Notes: generated by a model from the letters alone, not told the origin. DNA of 64,000 nucleotides from an uncultured Candidatus Saccharibacteria bacterium (GCA_964585065.1 CAZPCB010000001.1:14037-78036), one strand, 5' to 3'. Counted from the first letter of the stretch, positions 51,001 through 62,608 are shown. Translations and numbers: made by a program.

Positions 51001-51211
51001 AGCTTCTCATATGCTTCAAGAAATGTTGACCATTAAATCTGATGATGTGATTGGACGATCTCGTGCCTATGAGTCAATCATTAAGGGAGAAAAAATTCAA
51101 GCTCCGTATATTCCTTCATCATTCCACGTATTGGTAAATGAATTAAAGGGACTTGGAATTAATGTTGCTCTCAAGAATGCCAAGACAATAGTTGAGTCAG
51201 ACGAAGAATAA
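48023..51211 (+). CDS. rpoB: RNA polymerase beta subunit
   Basis: RDVHPTHFGRICP, GDKLAGRHGNKG and GGQRLGEMEVWA motifs. Confidence 0.99.
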   Translation: MHMAKNQRVFFKPTIDLELPNLIEPQLASYKWFLQEGLRDLFEEHYPVLDWTGTEYRLEFVGYRLDEPKLSEVQSRVKNITFEAPLRAKITLINNTTNKKVTQEVFLGDVPLMTERGTFIINGTERVIIAQILRSPGVFFTENISRDKRYFGAKLIPTRGAWIEIETDGAGVMWVKIDRKRKVALTSLLRAFGLGKDNELISTFADVDTGKVKFIKETIAKDAARDQKSGFVEVYRRIRPGDLATDDNAKQLIEGMFFNFSRYDLGKVGRYKVNNRIGVDLTEDPKHRILQIDDFIKIVKEIIRLNNDPQAMPDDIDNLSNRRIRLIGELVQERARVGFARMEKIVKDRMSTADPQTITPTSVINARPLVAAIHEFFSSSQLSQYMDQINTLSELEHKRRVSALGPNGLARDRAGFEVRDVHPTHFGRICPIATPEGPNIGLIGQLATYAHINEYGFLETPFRKVVKGKVTDEVIFFDAAEEKKYVIASAVVDLDDNGLIINERVIARKDSNVIIVERDEIEFINVSPKQLISVSTSLIPFVEHNDSARALMGSNMQKQGVPSIKSDSPIVGTGMEREAARYSGQIIVAPEDGSIIEADAAHILFEATKSKKRTLFELTKFLKSNAYTSVNQKIRCIPGQKVKRGDLLADGSSMQNGELALGQNLRVGFMSYEGNNFEDAIILSDRLVKEDVFTSVHIEDFSVDVSDTRLGEEQVTRDIPNVSEERLKDLDAEGIVRIGATVKPGNILVGKISPKGETDLTAEERLLRVIFGEKSREVKDSSLKMPNGHQGKVVEVRIFTRANGDKLPSGVIKRVQVSIAHLRKVSVGDKLAGRHGNKGVIAKILPQEDMPFSADGTPLDILLTPLGIASRMNLGQVYETHLGLAVSALGLKVASPALDGVSLDKIKELLREANLPEDGKIQLFDGKTGDAYLEKTTVGVMYVMKLNHLIEDKLHMRSTGPYSLITQQPLGGKAQMGGQRLGEMEVWAFEGYGASHMLQEMLTIKSDDVIGRSRAYESIIKGEKIQAPYIPSSFHVLVNELKGLGINVALKNAKTIVESDEE

Positions 51212-51234
51212 TCATCATTTAATACGATATCTCT

Positions 51235-54200
51235 ATGAATAATCAAATCACCCCAAACAATGAGAAAGAGACTATATCTATGAATGTAGTTGACTTCGAT
51301 TCTATACAATTAACTCTAGCTTCTCCTGAAGATATTCTTGCATGGTCATCTGGAGAAGTTACAAAACCTGAAACTATCAATTATCGAACTCAGAAAGCTG
51401 AGAAAGATGGTTTATTTTCAGAAAAAATCTTCGGACCAGTAAGAGATTATGAATGTTCTTGTGGAAAATATCGACGAATTCGATATAAGGGAATTATTTG
51501 TGATAAATGTGGAGTTGAAGTTACCAAATCTTCAGTTCGAAGAGAGAGAATGGCTCATATTGAACTTGCTATTCCGGTTGCACATATTTGGTTTTTGCGA
51601 AATATTCCAAGCCGAATTGCTTTAATCTTAAATCAAACATTATCTGATGTTGAAAAGGTAGTATATTATTCTAGCTATATCATTACTGAAGTTGATGAGA
51701 ATCTAAAAAAAGATTATATCAAACAAGTTGAAGCAGAATATAAGCATAAGCTTAATGATTTAGGTACTCGTGGTAATGATAGTGATCAGGCTCTACAAGA
51801 ATTGCTTGATTCTAAGCAACAGAATTTAGATTTCCTTGCTACTCTTGAGAAATGGAATATTATTTCAGAAATTGATTATCGTTTGATGTCAATGAAATTT
51901 GCTCCTGTATTCAAGGCTGAGACAGGTTCTGCTGTACTTCGTACTATTTTTGCTGGAATTGATCTTGAGACAGAACTTAAGAATTTGGAAAAAGAATTAG
52001 AAGTTGCTGATGGTATCAAAGCTCAGAAAATTATCAAGAAAATTCGATTCTTGGGAGGATTACATCAGGCTCATGTTCGACCCGAATGGATGTTCCTTAC
52101 TCATCTTCCTGTTATACCACCAGACCTACGGCCAATGGTGGCTCTTGATGGAGGACGATTTGCAACGTCAGATCTTAATGATTTGTATCGACGTGTAATT
52201 AATCGAAATAATCGATTAAAGAAATTGATGTCACAAAGAGCTCCTGAGGTAATTGTACGAAATGAAAAGAGAATGTTGCAAGAAGCAGTAGATGCTCTTA
52301 TTGATAATTCAATGCGCAAGGGTCAATCTACAACAGTAGCTTCAACAGGACAAAAGAGAGTATTGAAATCTCTTGCCGATTCTCTTAAAGGAAAGCAAGG
52401 ACGATTCCGACAAAATCTTCTTGGAAAGCGTGTAGATTATTCTGCTCGATCAGTAATTGTGGTAGGACCTAATCTCAAGATTAATGAGTGTGGAATTCCA
52501 AAGACGATGGCTCTTGAATTATTCAAACCATTTATCATCAATAGATTGATAGAAGATGAATATGCTCATAATATTCGAAGCGCAACACGATTAATAGAAC
52601 AAGGATTAGATGTTGTTTGGGATATTCTTGATGATGTTATTGAACATCGATATGTTCTCTTGAACCGAGCACCTACTCTTCATAGATTGAGTATTCAAGC
52701 TTTCAAACCAGTTTTGATTGAAGGAAAGGCTATTCAATTAAATCCTATGGTATGTAGCCCATTCAATGCTGATTTCGATGGAGATCAAATGGCGGTACAT
52801 GTACCTCTATCTGAGGAAGCTGTACGAGAAGCAGGAGAATTGATGATATCTGATCATAACTTGATTAAACCTTCAGATGGAAGTCCTTCTTCAGCACCAT
52901 CACAAGATATGGTATTGGGAATTTATTATACTACGGTTGCTGATGAGAGCGATAAGCCTGTTCAAGTATTCAGAAACTTTGATGAGGCTGTAACCGCTTA
53001 TGACCATAAGCAAATTACTCTAAGAGAATTAGTAGAAATTCGCAATGAAGTAAAAGTTGGAAATACTCCTATCAAAACAACAGTTGGGCGAATTTCATTT
53101 AATGAAATATTGCCAGAAGGATTTGAATATGTAAATGAAGTAGTTGGTAAAAAACAGCTGAAGAATCTCTTGAATAAAGCTTTATATGAATTCACTCAAC
53201 CACAAGTAGGGGAATTCCTAGATAGAATTAAGAAATTTGGATTTGCTGAAATGACTCGATCAGGATTATCTTGGGCTATTAGTGACTTCACCGTTTCTGA
53301 TAAAAAAGATAAGCTTATTACCAATGCCCAAAATAGTGTTGAGGAGGTAACCAATCAATTCGAAGATGGATTATTGACCGAAAAAGAACGATATGCTCAA
53401 ATTGTGGATGTATGGAGCAAGGCTTCTATTGAAATTGGAGCATTAGTACGATCAGAAGTTGATGTAAAAGGACCGGTATTTTCTATGATTGACTCTGGAG
53501 CTCGAGGATCTTGGGGACAATTAAATCAGATGGCAGGAATGAAAGGATTGGTGGTATCTCCATCAGGAAAAATTATTGAAACTCCGATTACATCTAGTTT
53601 CCTCAAGGGTCTTACTGAATTAGAATATTTCATTTCTACTCATGGAGCTCGAAAAGGACTTGTAGATACCGCTTTGAAGACAGCTACATCTGGATATCTT
53701 ACTCGACGATTAGTAGATGTAAATCAAGATATTGTGGTAAAAGAATCAGATTGTGGAGATACAACTGGACTCGTATTATCACGTAGGGACGCTGAAGAAG
53801 CAGGGGATAGCTTTACTAATTTCATATTCGGACGAAAAACTGTAGATGATATTGTAAATCCCGAGACTAAGAAGACAATTGTAAAGGCAGGAGAATTCAT
53901 TACTCATGCTGAAGCTGAAACTATTGATACACTTGGTATTGATAATGTAAGAATCAGAAGCTTGGTAAGTTGTAAAACCATTAGAGGAGTATGTCAATCT
54001 TGTTATGGAATTGATCTCGGGCGTAATGCAATTGTAAAAATTGGAGAAGCAGTAGGAATTGTTACTGCCCAAGCTATTGGAGAACCTGCAACACAGTTGA
54101 CTATGCGTACTTTCCATCAAGGAGGTTCAGCTGGGGCTGCTGATGTTACTAAGGGACTTCCACGAGTAGAAGAAGTATTCGAAGCTCGTAATCCAAAAAC

Positions 54201-54870
54201 TCAAGCTATGATGTCAACTGTAGCAGGAACTGTCGTAGATGTGATTGAAACAGCTGGAGAAATTCGAATTAAGATTAAGACGAATGAATCTAAAGAAGCT
54301 AAGAAGTCAAAAGCAGATATCAAGGAACTTGTGGCTGATCCAGTAGTAGATATTGTACTTGTGAAAGTAGGTGATAAGATTGAAGTAGGACAACCAATTA
54401 CAGAGGGACATCTTGATCTTGAAAAACTCTATAAGCATGCAGGTATTGATACCTTAACTCGATATATAATTCAGCAAATTCTTGAAATTTATAATTCTCA
54501 AGGAGCTGGAATCGCTATCAAGCATGTTGAGATGATTGTAAGACAAATGACTTCACGCTATATGGTGACAGAACCAGGAAAATCTACTTACTTGAAGGGA
54601 CAAACCATTACTCGTGATCAACTTCTTGAATTCAATCGATCCACTGAGAATAAAGATGACTTGATACAAGTAGATCCTCTATTGCAAGGTATTACCAAGG
54701 TTGCTCTTAATACTGAAAGTTTCTTATCAGCTGCATCTTTCCAAAATACCACCAAGGTATTAATTGATGCTGCCTTATTCGGAAAAGAAGATCATTTGAG
54801 AGGACTAAAAGAGAATGTCATTATTGGAAGACTTATTCCAGCCGGAACTGGATTTGAATCCGAGAGATAG
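51235..54870 (+). CDS. rpoC: RNA polymerase beta' subunit
   Basis: NADFDGDQM catalytic motif; [11 protein letters not shown]. Confidence 0.99.
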   Translation: MNNQITPNNEKETISMNVVDFDSIQLTLASPEDILAWSSGEVTKPETINYRTQKAEKDGLFSEKIFGPVRDYECSCGKYRRIRYKGIICDKCGVEVTKSSVRRERMAHIELAIPVAHIWFLRNIPSRIALILNQTLSDVEKVVYYSSYIITEVDENLKKDYIKQVEAEYKHKLNDLGTRGNDSDQALQELLDSKQQNLDFLATLEKWNIISEIDYRLMSMKFAPVFKAETGSAVLRTIFAGIDLETELKNLEKELEVADGIKAQKIIKKIRFLGGLHQAHVRPEWMFLTHLPVIPPDLRPMVALDGGRFATSDLNDLYRRVINRNNRLKKLMSQRAPEVIVRNEKRMLQEAVDALIDNSMRKGQSTTVASTGQKRVLKSLADSLKGKQGRFRQNLLGKRVDYSARSVIVVGPNLKINECGIPKTMALELFKPFIINRLIEDEYAHNIRSATRLIEQGLDVVWDILDDVIEHRYVLLNRAPTLHRLSIQAFKPVLIEGKAIQLNPMVCSPFNADFDGDQMAVHVPLSEEAVREAGELMISDHNLIKPSDGSPSSAPSQDMVLGIYYTTVADESDKPVQVFRNFDEAVTAYDHKQITLRELVEIRNEVKVGNTPIKTTVGRISFNEILPEGFEYVNEVVGKKQLKNLLNKALYEFTQPQVGEFLDRIKKFGFAEMTRSGLSWAISDFTVSDKKDKLITNAQNSVEEVTNQFEDGLLTEKERYAQIVDVWSKASIEIGALVRSEVDVKGPVFSMIDSGARGSWGQLNQMAGMKGLVVSPSGKIIETPITSSFLKGLTELEYFISTHGARKGLVDTALKTATSGYLTRRLVDVNQDIVVKESDCGDTTGLVLSRRDAEEAGDSFTNFIFGRKTVDDIVNPETKKTIVKAGEFITHAEAETIDTLGIDNVRIRSLVSCKTIRGVCQSCYGIDLGRNAIVKIGEAVGIVTAQAIGEPATQLTMRTFHQGGSAGAADVTKGLPRVEEVFEARNPKTQAMMSTVAGTVVDVIETAGEIRIKIKTNESKEAKKSKADIKELVADPVVDIVLVKVGDKIEVGQPITEGHLDLEKLYKHAGIDTLTRYIIQQILEIYNSQGAGIAIKHVEMIVRQMTSRYMVTEPGKSTYLKGQTITRDQLLEFNRSTENKDDLIQVDPLLQGITKVALNTESFLSAASFQNTTKVLIDAALFGKEDHLRGLKENVIIGRLIPAGTGFESER

Positions 54871-54933
54871 TCTTTGCAGAATATGTTTTCTCATGTATAC
54901 TAATACTATACATATCAATAAAATAAAAAGAGC

Positions 54934-55722
54934 ATGAATCGAAGAGCTATTATTATTTGGGGAATTGTAGGGTTAATAGCTATTATTGGTATTATCTTAA
55001 CCTATATTCTCCTACGTAATAATGGCTCTTCGAGTACTAATAATGCTAATCAACAAACAGCCCAAAACCCTATTAATAGAAATTCAGAGAATGCTAATGG
55101 CTCAGCTAATTCCGGAGAAAATCAGGTATTACCCGAACCAGCACAATCGAACTATTTACCAGAAGACTATAGTCAATATGAAGTAGCAGGATTGCCAAGT
55201 ATTGAGTTGAAAGCTAAACTACAACTAGATAATAAAAACTCTGTTACAGATTATATTTACTCAAGAGTAAATGCTATCGCTCTTACCTATGAAAAAGAAA
55301 GTATTATTGATAAAAAAGTAGTATATGTAAGAGTTCTTGATACCAAGATTTATTTATCACTCTCAGAAGACGCTATTAAATCAGGCCAATCAATAGAAAT
55401 TATTAATATAGATTCAGATAAGCGATTTAATACTATTCCAGATATTATTGCCATTCAATTATTAACTCCAATACAGAATACAAATTGTCAAATAATAGAA
55501 AAAGATGGTAAATATAGTGTTATTGCTAAAGATACTAAAGTAACAGATTCCACAGCAATTTGTGGTAAATATGCTAAGGGGAATAATAGATTCTTTATCA
55601 AGCCTCAAGAAGAGGGAACTGCAACCAATAAATTAGTATTTGTGACTGCAGGGGATAGGGAGCTTAGTTATGATGGAAGTAATAATGGTAAATTCTGGTA
55701 TCAGTCTGTAGTTGTGGAATAA
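54934..55722 (+). CDS. Hypothetical membrane-anchored exported protein
   Basis: N-terminal TM followed by an Asn/Ser-rich linker. Confidence 0.75.
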   Translation: MNRRAIIIWGIVGLIAIIGIILTYILLRNNGSSSTNNANQQTAQNPINRNSENANGSANSGENQVLPEPAQSNYLPEDYSQYEVAGLPSIELKAKLQLDNKNSVTDYIYSRVNAIALTYEKESIIDKKVVYVRVLDTKIYLSLSEDAIKSGQSIEIINIDSDKRFNTIPDIIAIQLLTPIQNTNCQIIEKDGKYSVIAKDTKVTDSTAICGKYAKGNNRFFIKPQEEGTATNKLVFVTAGDRELSYDGSNNGKFWYQSVVVE

Positions 55723-55769
55723 ACTTTGACAAAAAGAGTATTTTAGTATATAATTCTACAAGACTGTGC

Positions 55770-55842
55770 GCCGATATAGCTCAGTTGGTAGAGCGCACCC
55801 ATGGTAAGGGTGAGGTCATCAGTTCAATCCTGATTATCGGCT
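55770..55842 (+). tRNA. tRNA-Thr(GGU)
   Basis: Anticodon arm caccc-at-GGT-aa-gggtg; acceptor gccgata/tatcggc. Confidence 0.96.
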
Positions 55843-55868
55843 CCCCCAAATTATATAATGATATTACT

Positions 55869-56027
55869 ATGAGTCAAGATAATTTAATCAAATTACAGTG
55901 TACAGAAACCGGTAAAATCGGTTATTATACACGTAAGAATAAGAAGAAAAATACCGAAAAATTAGAGTTAAAGAAATTTAATTCTGATTTACGACGACAT
56001 ACTCTTCATCGAGAAATGAAGAAATAA
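55869..56027 (+). CDS. rpmG: 50S ribosomal protein L33
   Basis: IKLQCTETG...YYTRKNKK...LELKKF...HTLHRE. Confidence 0.95.
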   Translation: MSQDNLIKLQCTETGKIGYYTRKNKKKNTEKLELKKFNSDLRRHTLHREMKK

Positions 56028-56061
56028 TACACCTAATAAAAAGGAGCTAATTAGCTCCTTT

Positions 56062-56481
56062 TTATTTTTGGCAAGATTTGCATATGCCTTGTATTTCAAA
56101 GGAATGGGATATAGGCTTTCCAATATGAGCTATTGAGCTTAATAGGGGATCAATGAGGCATTCATCAATATCAATTATGGTATCGCATTCAGAGCAAGTA
56201 AAATGATGATGATGAGGTAAAAATTGAGATGATAATTCATAGGAAGTCGCTTTCTCTCTATAAATAGCATCTACTAATTGAATACTATGAAGTTTTTCTA
56301 GAATACGATGAATTGTGGATAAGTCAATTGATTTATGATTATCTTTTAATTGAGTATAAATAGTTTTAGCTTCTATAGGTGTTTTACTTTTAATGATAAT
56401 ATCAATCACATCTCTCATATGCTGAGTTAAGCGAATATGCGACTTTTGAATATAGATGTATATCTTATCATTAATAGACAT
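56062..56481 (-). CDS. Fur family transcriptional regulator (Zur/PerR-like)
   Basis: STIHRIL, HHHHFTCSEC and GICKSC motifs. Confidence 0.92.
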   Translation of the reverse strand: MSINDKIYIYIQKSHIRLTQHMRDVIDIIIKSKTPIEAKTIYTQLKDNHKSIDLSTIHRILEKLHSIQLVDAIYREKATSYELSSQFLPHHHHFTCSECDTIIDIDECLIDPLLSSIAHIGKPISHSFEIQGICKSCQK

Positions 56482-56494
56482 AGAGTTGAATTAT

Positions 56495-56568
56495 TGGCAG
56501 GCACAGTAGGAATCGAACCTACGACGATGGTTTTGGAGACCATTGTTATACCATTTAACTATGCGCCT
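56495..56568 (-). tRNA. tRNA-Trp(CCA)
   Basis: Reverse complement aggcgca...atggt-ct-CCA-aa-accat...tgtgcctgcca. Confidence 0.96.
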
Positions 56569-56675
56569 AAGTTATTACATTATATCTATAAACGCCAATT
56601 TTTGCAATATTATGAATGATATATATTGTAGATAAAATTCTAGTTATGTAGGGGGGAACCTTTTAGGTGTAAGTA

Positions 56676-56797
56676 TTCCACCCCACCCCATGGGCACCCC
56701 TCAAGAGGGGAATTTTTCGTACAGGACATTGGTATATATTCCCCTCTTGAGGGGTGGTCACTCTCATACTTTTGTATGGGAGTGGACGGGGTGGATA
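56676..56797. repeat. REPIN-like inverted pair of REP units
   Basis: cacccctcaagaggggaat...attcccctcttgaggggtgg; the spacer's reverse complement nearly matches 3130-3160. Confidence 0.87.
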
Positions 56798-56867
56798 GAA
56801 AAGCGAGGTATATATTATTGACATCAAAACATATATTTGATACTATTAGATAGTAGTTATACATAAA

Positions 56868-56940
56868 GCGGGTATCGTATAAAGGCTAATTATCTCTGCC
56901 TTCCAAGCAGATGATGAGGGTTCGAATCCCTCTACCCGCT
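56868..56940 (+). tRNA. tRNA-Gly(UCC)
   Basis: Anticodon arm tctgc-ct-TCC-aa-gcaga; acceptor gcgggta/tacccgc. Confidence 0.96.
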
Positions 56941-56965
56941 CATTCATAAATAGTAAAAAATTAAA

Positions 56966-57850
56966 ATGAGATATAAATATATACCATTATCTATAACTTT
57001 ACTTATAGTATCTTATTTTATATTTGCTACAAATACTTTTGCTCAAGTGACTTATCAGTCCTATACTAATTTTCCGGGAGTGGGTAGAATAGGTGATTTG
57101 TGTCAACTGATTACTGCTCTTTGGTATCTTGGATTTGCAACTCTCTTTACTGCGGTACTCGGTATGTTTATATATGGGGGGTATATGTATGTGACAGCTG
57201 GAGTGAATGCTGGGAAAGTTAATCAAGCTAAGGAAATATTTACTAATACCATTACTGGACTCATTATAGGACTTTCTATATTTATTATTATTAATGTTAT
57301 TAACCCAGGATTATTGCAAGGGAATTGTAGTATTTCTTCTCCAGGATCGGCTGGGAGTAATTCTACTTTAGGAGCAGATAGTGGGGCACCTGTTGCGGGG
57401 AATGGTTCAGCTTCATTATTAGAAGTTGCTCGCAGAGATAGTGGTGGTAAAAAGCCTGATGGACGTTGTTATACACATGTAGCAAAATATATTAATCAAG
57501 CTGGATTTTGTGGTATTCCTAAAAATGGATTTGATAGTAAAATACCCTCTGCATATTGGCCAGAGGCAAGACAATTTGGAGAATATTTAAATCAAGGGAA
57601 TAATGCATCAAATCTTGGTATTGTGAAATTACCAACGGATAATCCATATAGAGCACCTGCTGGGTCAATTGTAGTTGTAAGAGCAGATAGACCCGGCTGT
57701 GAGGGTAGTCTCTGTCACCCTACTGCTGGTGATATAGCCGTTGCTGATGGACAGGGTTCATTTTATAATGGAGGAGAAATGGGCTATGGAGGGTCACAAA
57801 ATTATCCACCAGGGAATAATTATGTTATAGGAATATATGCTTGTAAATAA
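56966..57850 (+). CDS. VirB2/TrbC-like pilin fused to a CHAP/NlpC-like domain
   Basis: GGYMYVTAGVN...AKEIFTNTITGLII...INP; then GRCYTHV...APAGSIVVV...HPTAGDIAV. Confidence 0.75.
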   Translation: MRYKYIPLSITLLIVSYFIFATNTFAQVTYQSYTNFPGVGRIGDLCQLITALWYLGFATLFTAVLGMFIYGGYMYVTAGVNAGKVNQAKEIFTNTITGLIIGLSIFIIINVINPGLLQGNCSISSPGSAGSNSTLGADSGAPVAGNGSASLLEVARRDSGGKKPDGRCYTHVAKYINQAGFCGIPKNGFDSKIPSAYWPEARQFGEYLNQGNNASNLGIVKLPTDNPYRAPAGSIVVVRADRPGCEGSLCHPTAGDIAVADGQGSFYNGGEMGYGGSQNYPPGNNYVIGIYACK

Positions 57851-57916
57851 TATTTGAAATTTCGCTAAAATCAGCGTATACTATATAAACAGATTAAATG
57901 ATAGAAAATAGTATAT

Positions 57917-60517
57917 ATGACTTTTTTACAAAAAATATTCGGAGACCCAAATGCAAAAACATTATCTAAAATTCAACCAATTGTAGAGCAAATTAACTCT
58001 CTAGAAAATACCTATAAAGATAAATCTGATGAGGAGATTAGAGTAGAAATAACAAGACTTAAATCAGAAGTACAGGATAAAGGTGTTGGTCTTGACGAAG
58101 TTATTGCTCCTACTTTTGCTCTTGTAAGAGAAGCCTCTCGCCGTACTCTTGGACAGAGACATTTTGATGTACAGTTAATTGGAGGTATTGTATTGCATCA
58201 AGGTAAAATTGCCGAGATGAGAACTGGAGAGGGTAAAACTTTAGTAGCAACTTTGCCAACGGTACTCAATGCTCTCACAGGGCGAGGAGTTCATGTGGTA
58301 ACAGTCAATGATTATCTTGCAAAGCGAGATGCAGTTTGGATGGGACAAATTTATAACTTTTTAGGTTTATCTCTTGGTATTGTTACAGGAGAGGGAGCCT
58401 ATCTCTATACTGAAGTCCCTGCAGAGGATAAGGAGAGAGATGAAAAAGGTTCTTATGAAGTTGAACAAGAATTTTTGATAGAAGTAAGTCGAAAAGAGGC
58501 TTATGCTGCTGATATTACCTATGGGACTAATAATGAATTTGGTTTTGATTATTTGCGCGATAATATGGCGACTTCCAAGGAGTCTATGGTACAGCGAGAA
58601 TATTATTTTGCAATAGTTGATGAGGTAGATAGTGTTTTGATTGATGAGGCCCGAACTCCTCTTATTATTTCAGCGCCTGATGTGGAGTCTCCAGCTTTAT
58701 ATAAAACATTTGCGAGCCTTGTCCCTACTCTCAAGCCAGAAAAAGACTATACGGTAGATGAGAAAATGCGTACCGTAAATATTACAGAATCAGGTATAGA
58801 TAAAGTTGAGAAATCTCTTAATATTACTAATATTTATGAGGAAAAAGGTTTAGCCTTTGTACATCATTTAGAGCAAGCTCTCAAAGCTCAGGCTTTATTT
58901 CATCTCGATAAGGAGTATGTAGTTAAAGATGGAGAAATTATCATTGTGGATCAATTTACTGGTCGTATGACTCCAGGTAGACGCTATTCTGAAGGATTAC
59001 ATCAAGCTCTCGAGGCAAAGGAAGGAGTAGCTATACAACAGGAGTCTAAGACATTAGCAACTATTACCTTACAGAATTATTTCCGTATGTATGATAAGCT
59101 TGCTGGTATGACAGGGACGGCTGTTACCAGTGCTGAGGAATTACATAAAGTATATAAATTAGATGTGGTGATAATGCCTACTAATAAGGAAATCAAAAGG
59201 CAGGATTTAGCCGATGTAGTCTATAAAAATGAAAAGGCTAAATTTACTGCAATTGCAAAAAAAGTAAAAGAGGTGTCTGAGTTAGGACAACCAGTATTGC
59301 TTGGTACAGCCTCTATTGAAAAAAGCGAAGAGCTTGGTAAAGTCTTTGATAAATTCAAGCTCAAATATACTATTTTAAATGCAAAACAGCATGAGGCAGA
59401 AGGTCTTATTATTGCAGATGCGGGGAAAAAGGGAGCTATTACCATTGCAACAAATATGGCAGGAAGAGGTGTAGATATTAAGCTCGGAGGGGCTAATGCC
59501 ACAGAAGAGCAAAAACAAGAAATACTAGAACTTGGCGGATTATATGTGATAGGAAGTGAGAGACATGAAGCTCGCCGTATTGATAATCAGCTAAGAGGGC
59601 GCTCTGGTCGTCAGGGGGAGGCTGGAATTACTCAATTTTATCTTTCTCTAGATGATGAGATTATGCGGATTTTTGGAGGAGATAGAATTAAGTCTCTGAT
59701 GGAGAGATTTAATTTCCCTGAAGATGAGCCTATTGAAAATGTTCTTATTGCAAAATCTATAGAGGGAGCTCAGACTAAAATTGAAGGGTTTCACTTTGAT
59801 TCTCGCAAACATTTACTCGAATACGATGATGTTATTAATAAACAGCGAGAAATTATTTATAAGAAGAGGCGAGATATTCTCTTAAATAAAATTGACATTA
59901 AATCTCAAACTTCTGAACTTATTCAAGAGAATATTTATAAAATTGTATCATTCTATACTACTATTGAAAGTACAAGAGAATGGGATTTGAAGTCAATCGT
60001 AGAGGATATTCAAGGGCTTATTGGTAATACTATTGACTTTAATTCTACTTTAGAGAATATTCGAGATCAAGAAGGTACTATAGAGACCAAAAAACAATCT
60101 ATGATTGAAACTTTAGTGGAAATTATTGAAGGTATTCTTGCTAAACGATTTGAATCGGTAACTGATGAGCAGTATCAGGGAGTATTGAACTCAGTATACA
60201 TTCAAACAATAGATAATCTTTGGATGGAACATCTGGAGGTAATTGATTATTTAAAAACGGGAATTCGGCTTCGTGGTTATGCTCAGCGAGACCCTCTTAT
60301 TGAGTATAAAAATGAGGCCTTTATGTTATTTGAAAAATTATTAACCTCAATTCGAGACAATTATATTAATACCATTTTAAGAATTGAGCCAACTCCTCAA
60401 ATAGCTCAAAATATTATTGCCCCAAATCCTATGGGAGAATCTTTACCCCGAGTAGGTCGCAATGACCTTTGCCCTTGTGGAAGTGGGAAAAAGTATAAAA
60501 AATGTCACGGTAAATAA
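57917..60517 (+). CDS. secA: Protein translocase subunit SecA
   Basis: [33 protein letters not shown] and C-terminal [13 protein letters not shown]. Confidence 0.99.
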   Translation: MTFLQKIFGDPNAKTLSKIQPIVEQINSLENTYKDKSDEEIRVEITRLKSEVQDKGVGLDEVIAPTFALVREASRRTLGQRHFDVQLIGGIVLHQGKIAEMRTGEGKTLVATLPTVLNALTGRGVHVVTVNDYLAKRDAVWMGQIYNFLGLSLGIVTGEGAYLYTEVPAEDKERDEKGSYEVEQEFLIEVSRKEAYAADITYGTNNEFGFDYLRDNMATSKESMVQREYYFAIVDEVDSVLIDEARTPLIISAPDVESPALYKTFASLVPTLKPEKDYTVDEKMRTVNITESGIDKVEKSLNITNIYEEKGLAFVHHLEQALKAQALFHLDKEYVVKDGEIIIVDQFTGRMTPGRRYSEGLHQALEAKEGVAIQQESKTLATITLQNYFRMYDKLAGMTGTAVTSAEELHKVYKLDVVIMPTNKEIKRQDLADVVYKNEKAKFTAIAKKVKEVSELGQPVLLGTASIEKSEELGKVFDKFKLKYTILNAKQHEAEGLIIADAGKKGAITIATNMAGRGVDIKLGGANATEEQKQEILELGGLYVIGSERHEARRIDNQLRGRSGRQGEAGITQFYLSLDDEIMRIFGGDRIKSLMERFNFPEDEPIENVLIAKSIEGAQTKIEGFHFDSRKHLLEYDDVINKQREIIYKKRRDILLNKIDIKSQTSELIQENIYKIVSFYTTIESTREWDLKSIVEDIQGLIGNTIDFNSTLENIRDQEGTIETKKQSMIETLVEIIEGILAKRFESVTDEQYQGVLNSVYIQTIDNLWMEHLEVIDYLKTGIRLRGYAQRDPLIEYKNEAFMLFEKLLTSIRDNYINTILRIEPTPQIAQNIIAPNPMGESLPRVGRNDLCPCGSGKKYKKCHGK

Positions 60518-60532
60518 TATAAAATCAAATAT

Positions 60533-61321
60533 ATGAAAAACTGGATAAATAAAAACCCAAAGCTCATATTCCCAATAGGATTAATCCTATTCCTTGCAAT
60601 AGGAGGATCATATATATATTTTATTCTCCTTGAGAAGCCAGATAGTAAAGTTACTGATTTCAAATCCTGTGTCGAGTCAAAGAAAGGTAAAATCTTAGAA
60701 ATATACCCATCTCAATGTGTCTATAATGGGGTGACATATACCGAAGAAATTACGACAAAACCCGAAGATACTAATTCTAATAGAGAGGGCATAAATCTAG
60801 ACTTACCAGAAAATGAAAAAGCTCAAATTGAAGCTTGGCTTGAGAAAAATGATTATAATCAATATGGGGATAAAACAGATACGGTATATACAGGAGGAAC
60901 TCCATTATTTGATGAGTCCAAGGGAACATATATTAAGTTATATGATTATTTACTCCAGAAATATCCTGAAAAACCTTGGTTGACGGATACTAAACCTATT
61001 ACTGATAATTCTAATACAAATCCAGAAGTCAAATCATTTACCACAGTAAAAACTTGGCTCAATTTTACTGACCCTAATTTTGAATTACAATATCCTGATT
61101 TTGTACAAGTAGCTAATCAAAATGGATATCCTGTAAAATTTAGCAGTGAAGATGGATTTGAATTTGTGATTTATGTAGATAGTAAAGTTCCACAATATGA
61201 TTCTGGTACTTGTGATAAAAAAGAAGATGTAGATGCATTAGGAGTATATTTATGCTATAATAAAACTAAAGTATATCAAGAATTATATCAAAGAATATTG
61301 GATTCATTTGTAGCAAGATAG
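60533..61321 (+). CDS. Membrane-anchored exported hypothetical protein
   Basis: N-terminal TM; FKSCV...YPSQC motif; NQYGD...YTGGTPLFDE module. Confidence 0.75.
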   Translation: MKNWINKNPKLIFPIGLILFLAIGGSYIYFILLEKPDSKVTDFKSCVESKKGKILEIYPSQCVYNGVTYTEEITTKPEDTNSNREGINLDLPENEKAQIEAWLEKNDYNQYGDKTDTVYTGGTPLFDESKGTYIKLYDYLLQKYPEKPWLTDTKPITDNSNTNPEVKSFTTVKTWLNFTDPNFELQYPDFVQVANQNGYPVKFSSEDGFEFVIYVDSKVPQYDSGTCDKKEDVDALGVYLCYNKTKVYQELYQRILDSFVAR

Positions 61322-61333
61322 AGGATATAGTAT

Positions 61334-62608
61334 ATGTATAAAACTCGTAAATTAGATAATGGGCTCACTATAATTGGTATTCCACTCAAAGATTCCAAAA
61401 CTACTACTGTTTTAACCTTGGTAGGTGTTGGGTCTCGATATGAATCGGATACAGAAAAGGGATTATCACATTTCCTGGAACATATGATGTTCAAAGGAAC
61501 TCAAAAAAGACCCAATGCTAAAATTATCGCACAAGAATTAGATGGACTTGGAGCCTCTTATAATGCTTTTACGAGCTATGAATATACGGGATATTGGGTA
61601 AAAGTAAGAAATCAAAAAAAATATATAGCCCTTGATATTATCGCTGATATTTTCCAAAATTCTCTTCTTCAGGAAAGCGATATCAAAGTGGAGCGAGGAG
61701 CTATTACTGAAGAGCTTAATATGTATCTAGATATGCCAACAAGGCAAATACATAGTGATTTTCAGTCTCTCTTGTATGGAGATACCCCTCTTGGGAGATC
61801 AATTATTGGGACTCGAGAATCTATACATTCATTTACAAGACCAGATTTTATTGAATATGTTGCTCAAAAATATGTAACAGGGAATACCTATATTATTATT
61901 GCTGGGGAAGTAGATACTGCTATTATTGATAGGGTAGAGGAGTCCTTTCGGCATGCGCGCAATCAAAAAGATATACCGAAAAGAGAAAGTGTTACTATTC
62001 AGCAAACTAAACCACAAGTTGCAATTAGAAGTAAGAAAACAGATCAAACGCATTTAATGCTCGGATTTCATATTCCATCTATTCATAATGAGGAGAGATA
62101 TATTGCTACAATAGCAAGTACTATATTAGGAGGATATATGAGCTCTCGCTTATTTACTGAAATTCGAGAAAAAAGAGGATTGTCCTATTATATTCGAGCC
62201 GATAGCCATCATTTTGATGATACCGGAGTATTTAGTATTAATACTGGTGTTCAAAATACCAAAGTTATTGAGACGGTAAAGCGAATAGTACAAGAATTGC
62301 AAAATATAAAAAATTTACCAGTATCAGATAAAGAATTATTAATAGCAAAAGAACATATAAAGGGTCAAACTGTTATGGAATTTGAATCCAGTGACGAGAT
62401 AGCCGCTATTATTGGTATGAATGAATTATTATTGAAGCAACCATTTGATTTAGACAAAGAAATGGAATTATATGGCTCAGTTACAAAACAGCAAATTCTT
62501 GATTTTCTGCAACAATATGCACAATCAGAACATGTTAACTTAGCCTTAATTGGAGATATTTCAGCTTCAGAGAATACTAAATTAGAGAATATACTTGCAA
62601 GCTTATGA
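61334..62608 (+). CDS. M16 family (pitrilysin) zinc peptidase
   Basis: HFLEH inverted zincin motif; NAFTS; SSRLFTEIREKRGL. Confidence 0.95.
   Translation: MYKTRKLDNGLTIIGIPLKDSKTTTVLTLVGVGSRYESDTEKGLSHFLEHMMFKGTQKRPNAKIIAQELDGLGASYNAFTSYEYTGYWVKVRNQKKYIALDIIADIFQNSLLQESDIKVERGAITEELNMYLDMPTRQIHSDFQSLLYGDTPLGRSIIGTRESIHSFTRPDFIEYVAQKYVTGNTYIIIAGEVDTAIIDRVEESFRHARNQKDIPKRESVTIQQTKPQVAIRSKKTDQTHLMLGFHIPSIHNEERYIATIASTILGGYMSSRLFTEIREKRGLSYYIRADSHHFDDTGVFSINTGVQNTKVIETVKRIVQELQNIKNLPVSDKELLIAKEHIKGQTVMEFESSDEIAAIIGMNELLLKQPFDLDKEMELYGSVTKQQILDFLQQYAQSEHVNLALIGDISASENTKLENILASL

Noticed and set aside
55785-55868. N-terminal extension of L33 in the ORF track
   Set aside because: It overlaps tRNA-Thr; the real start is ATG 55869
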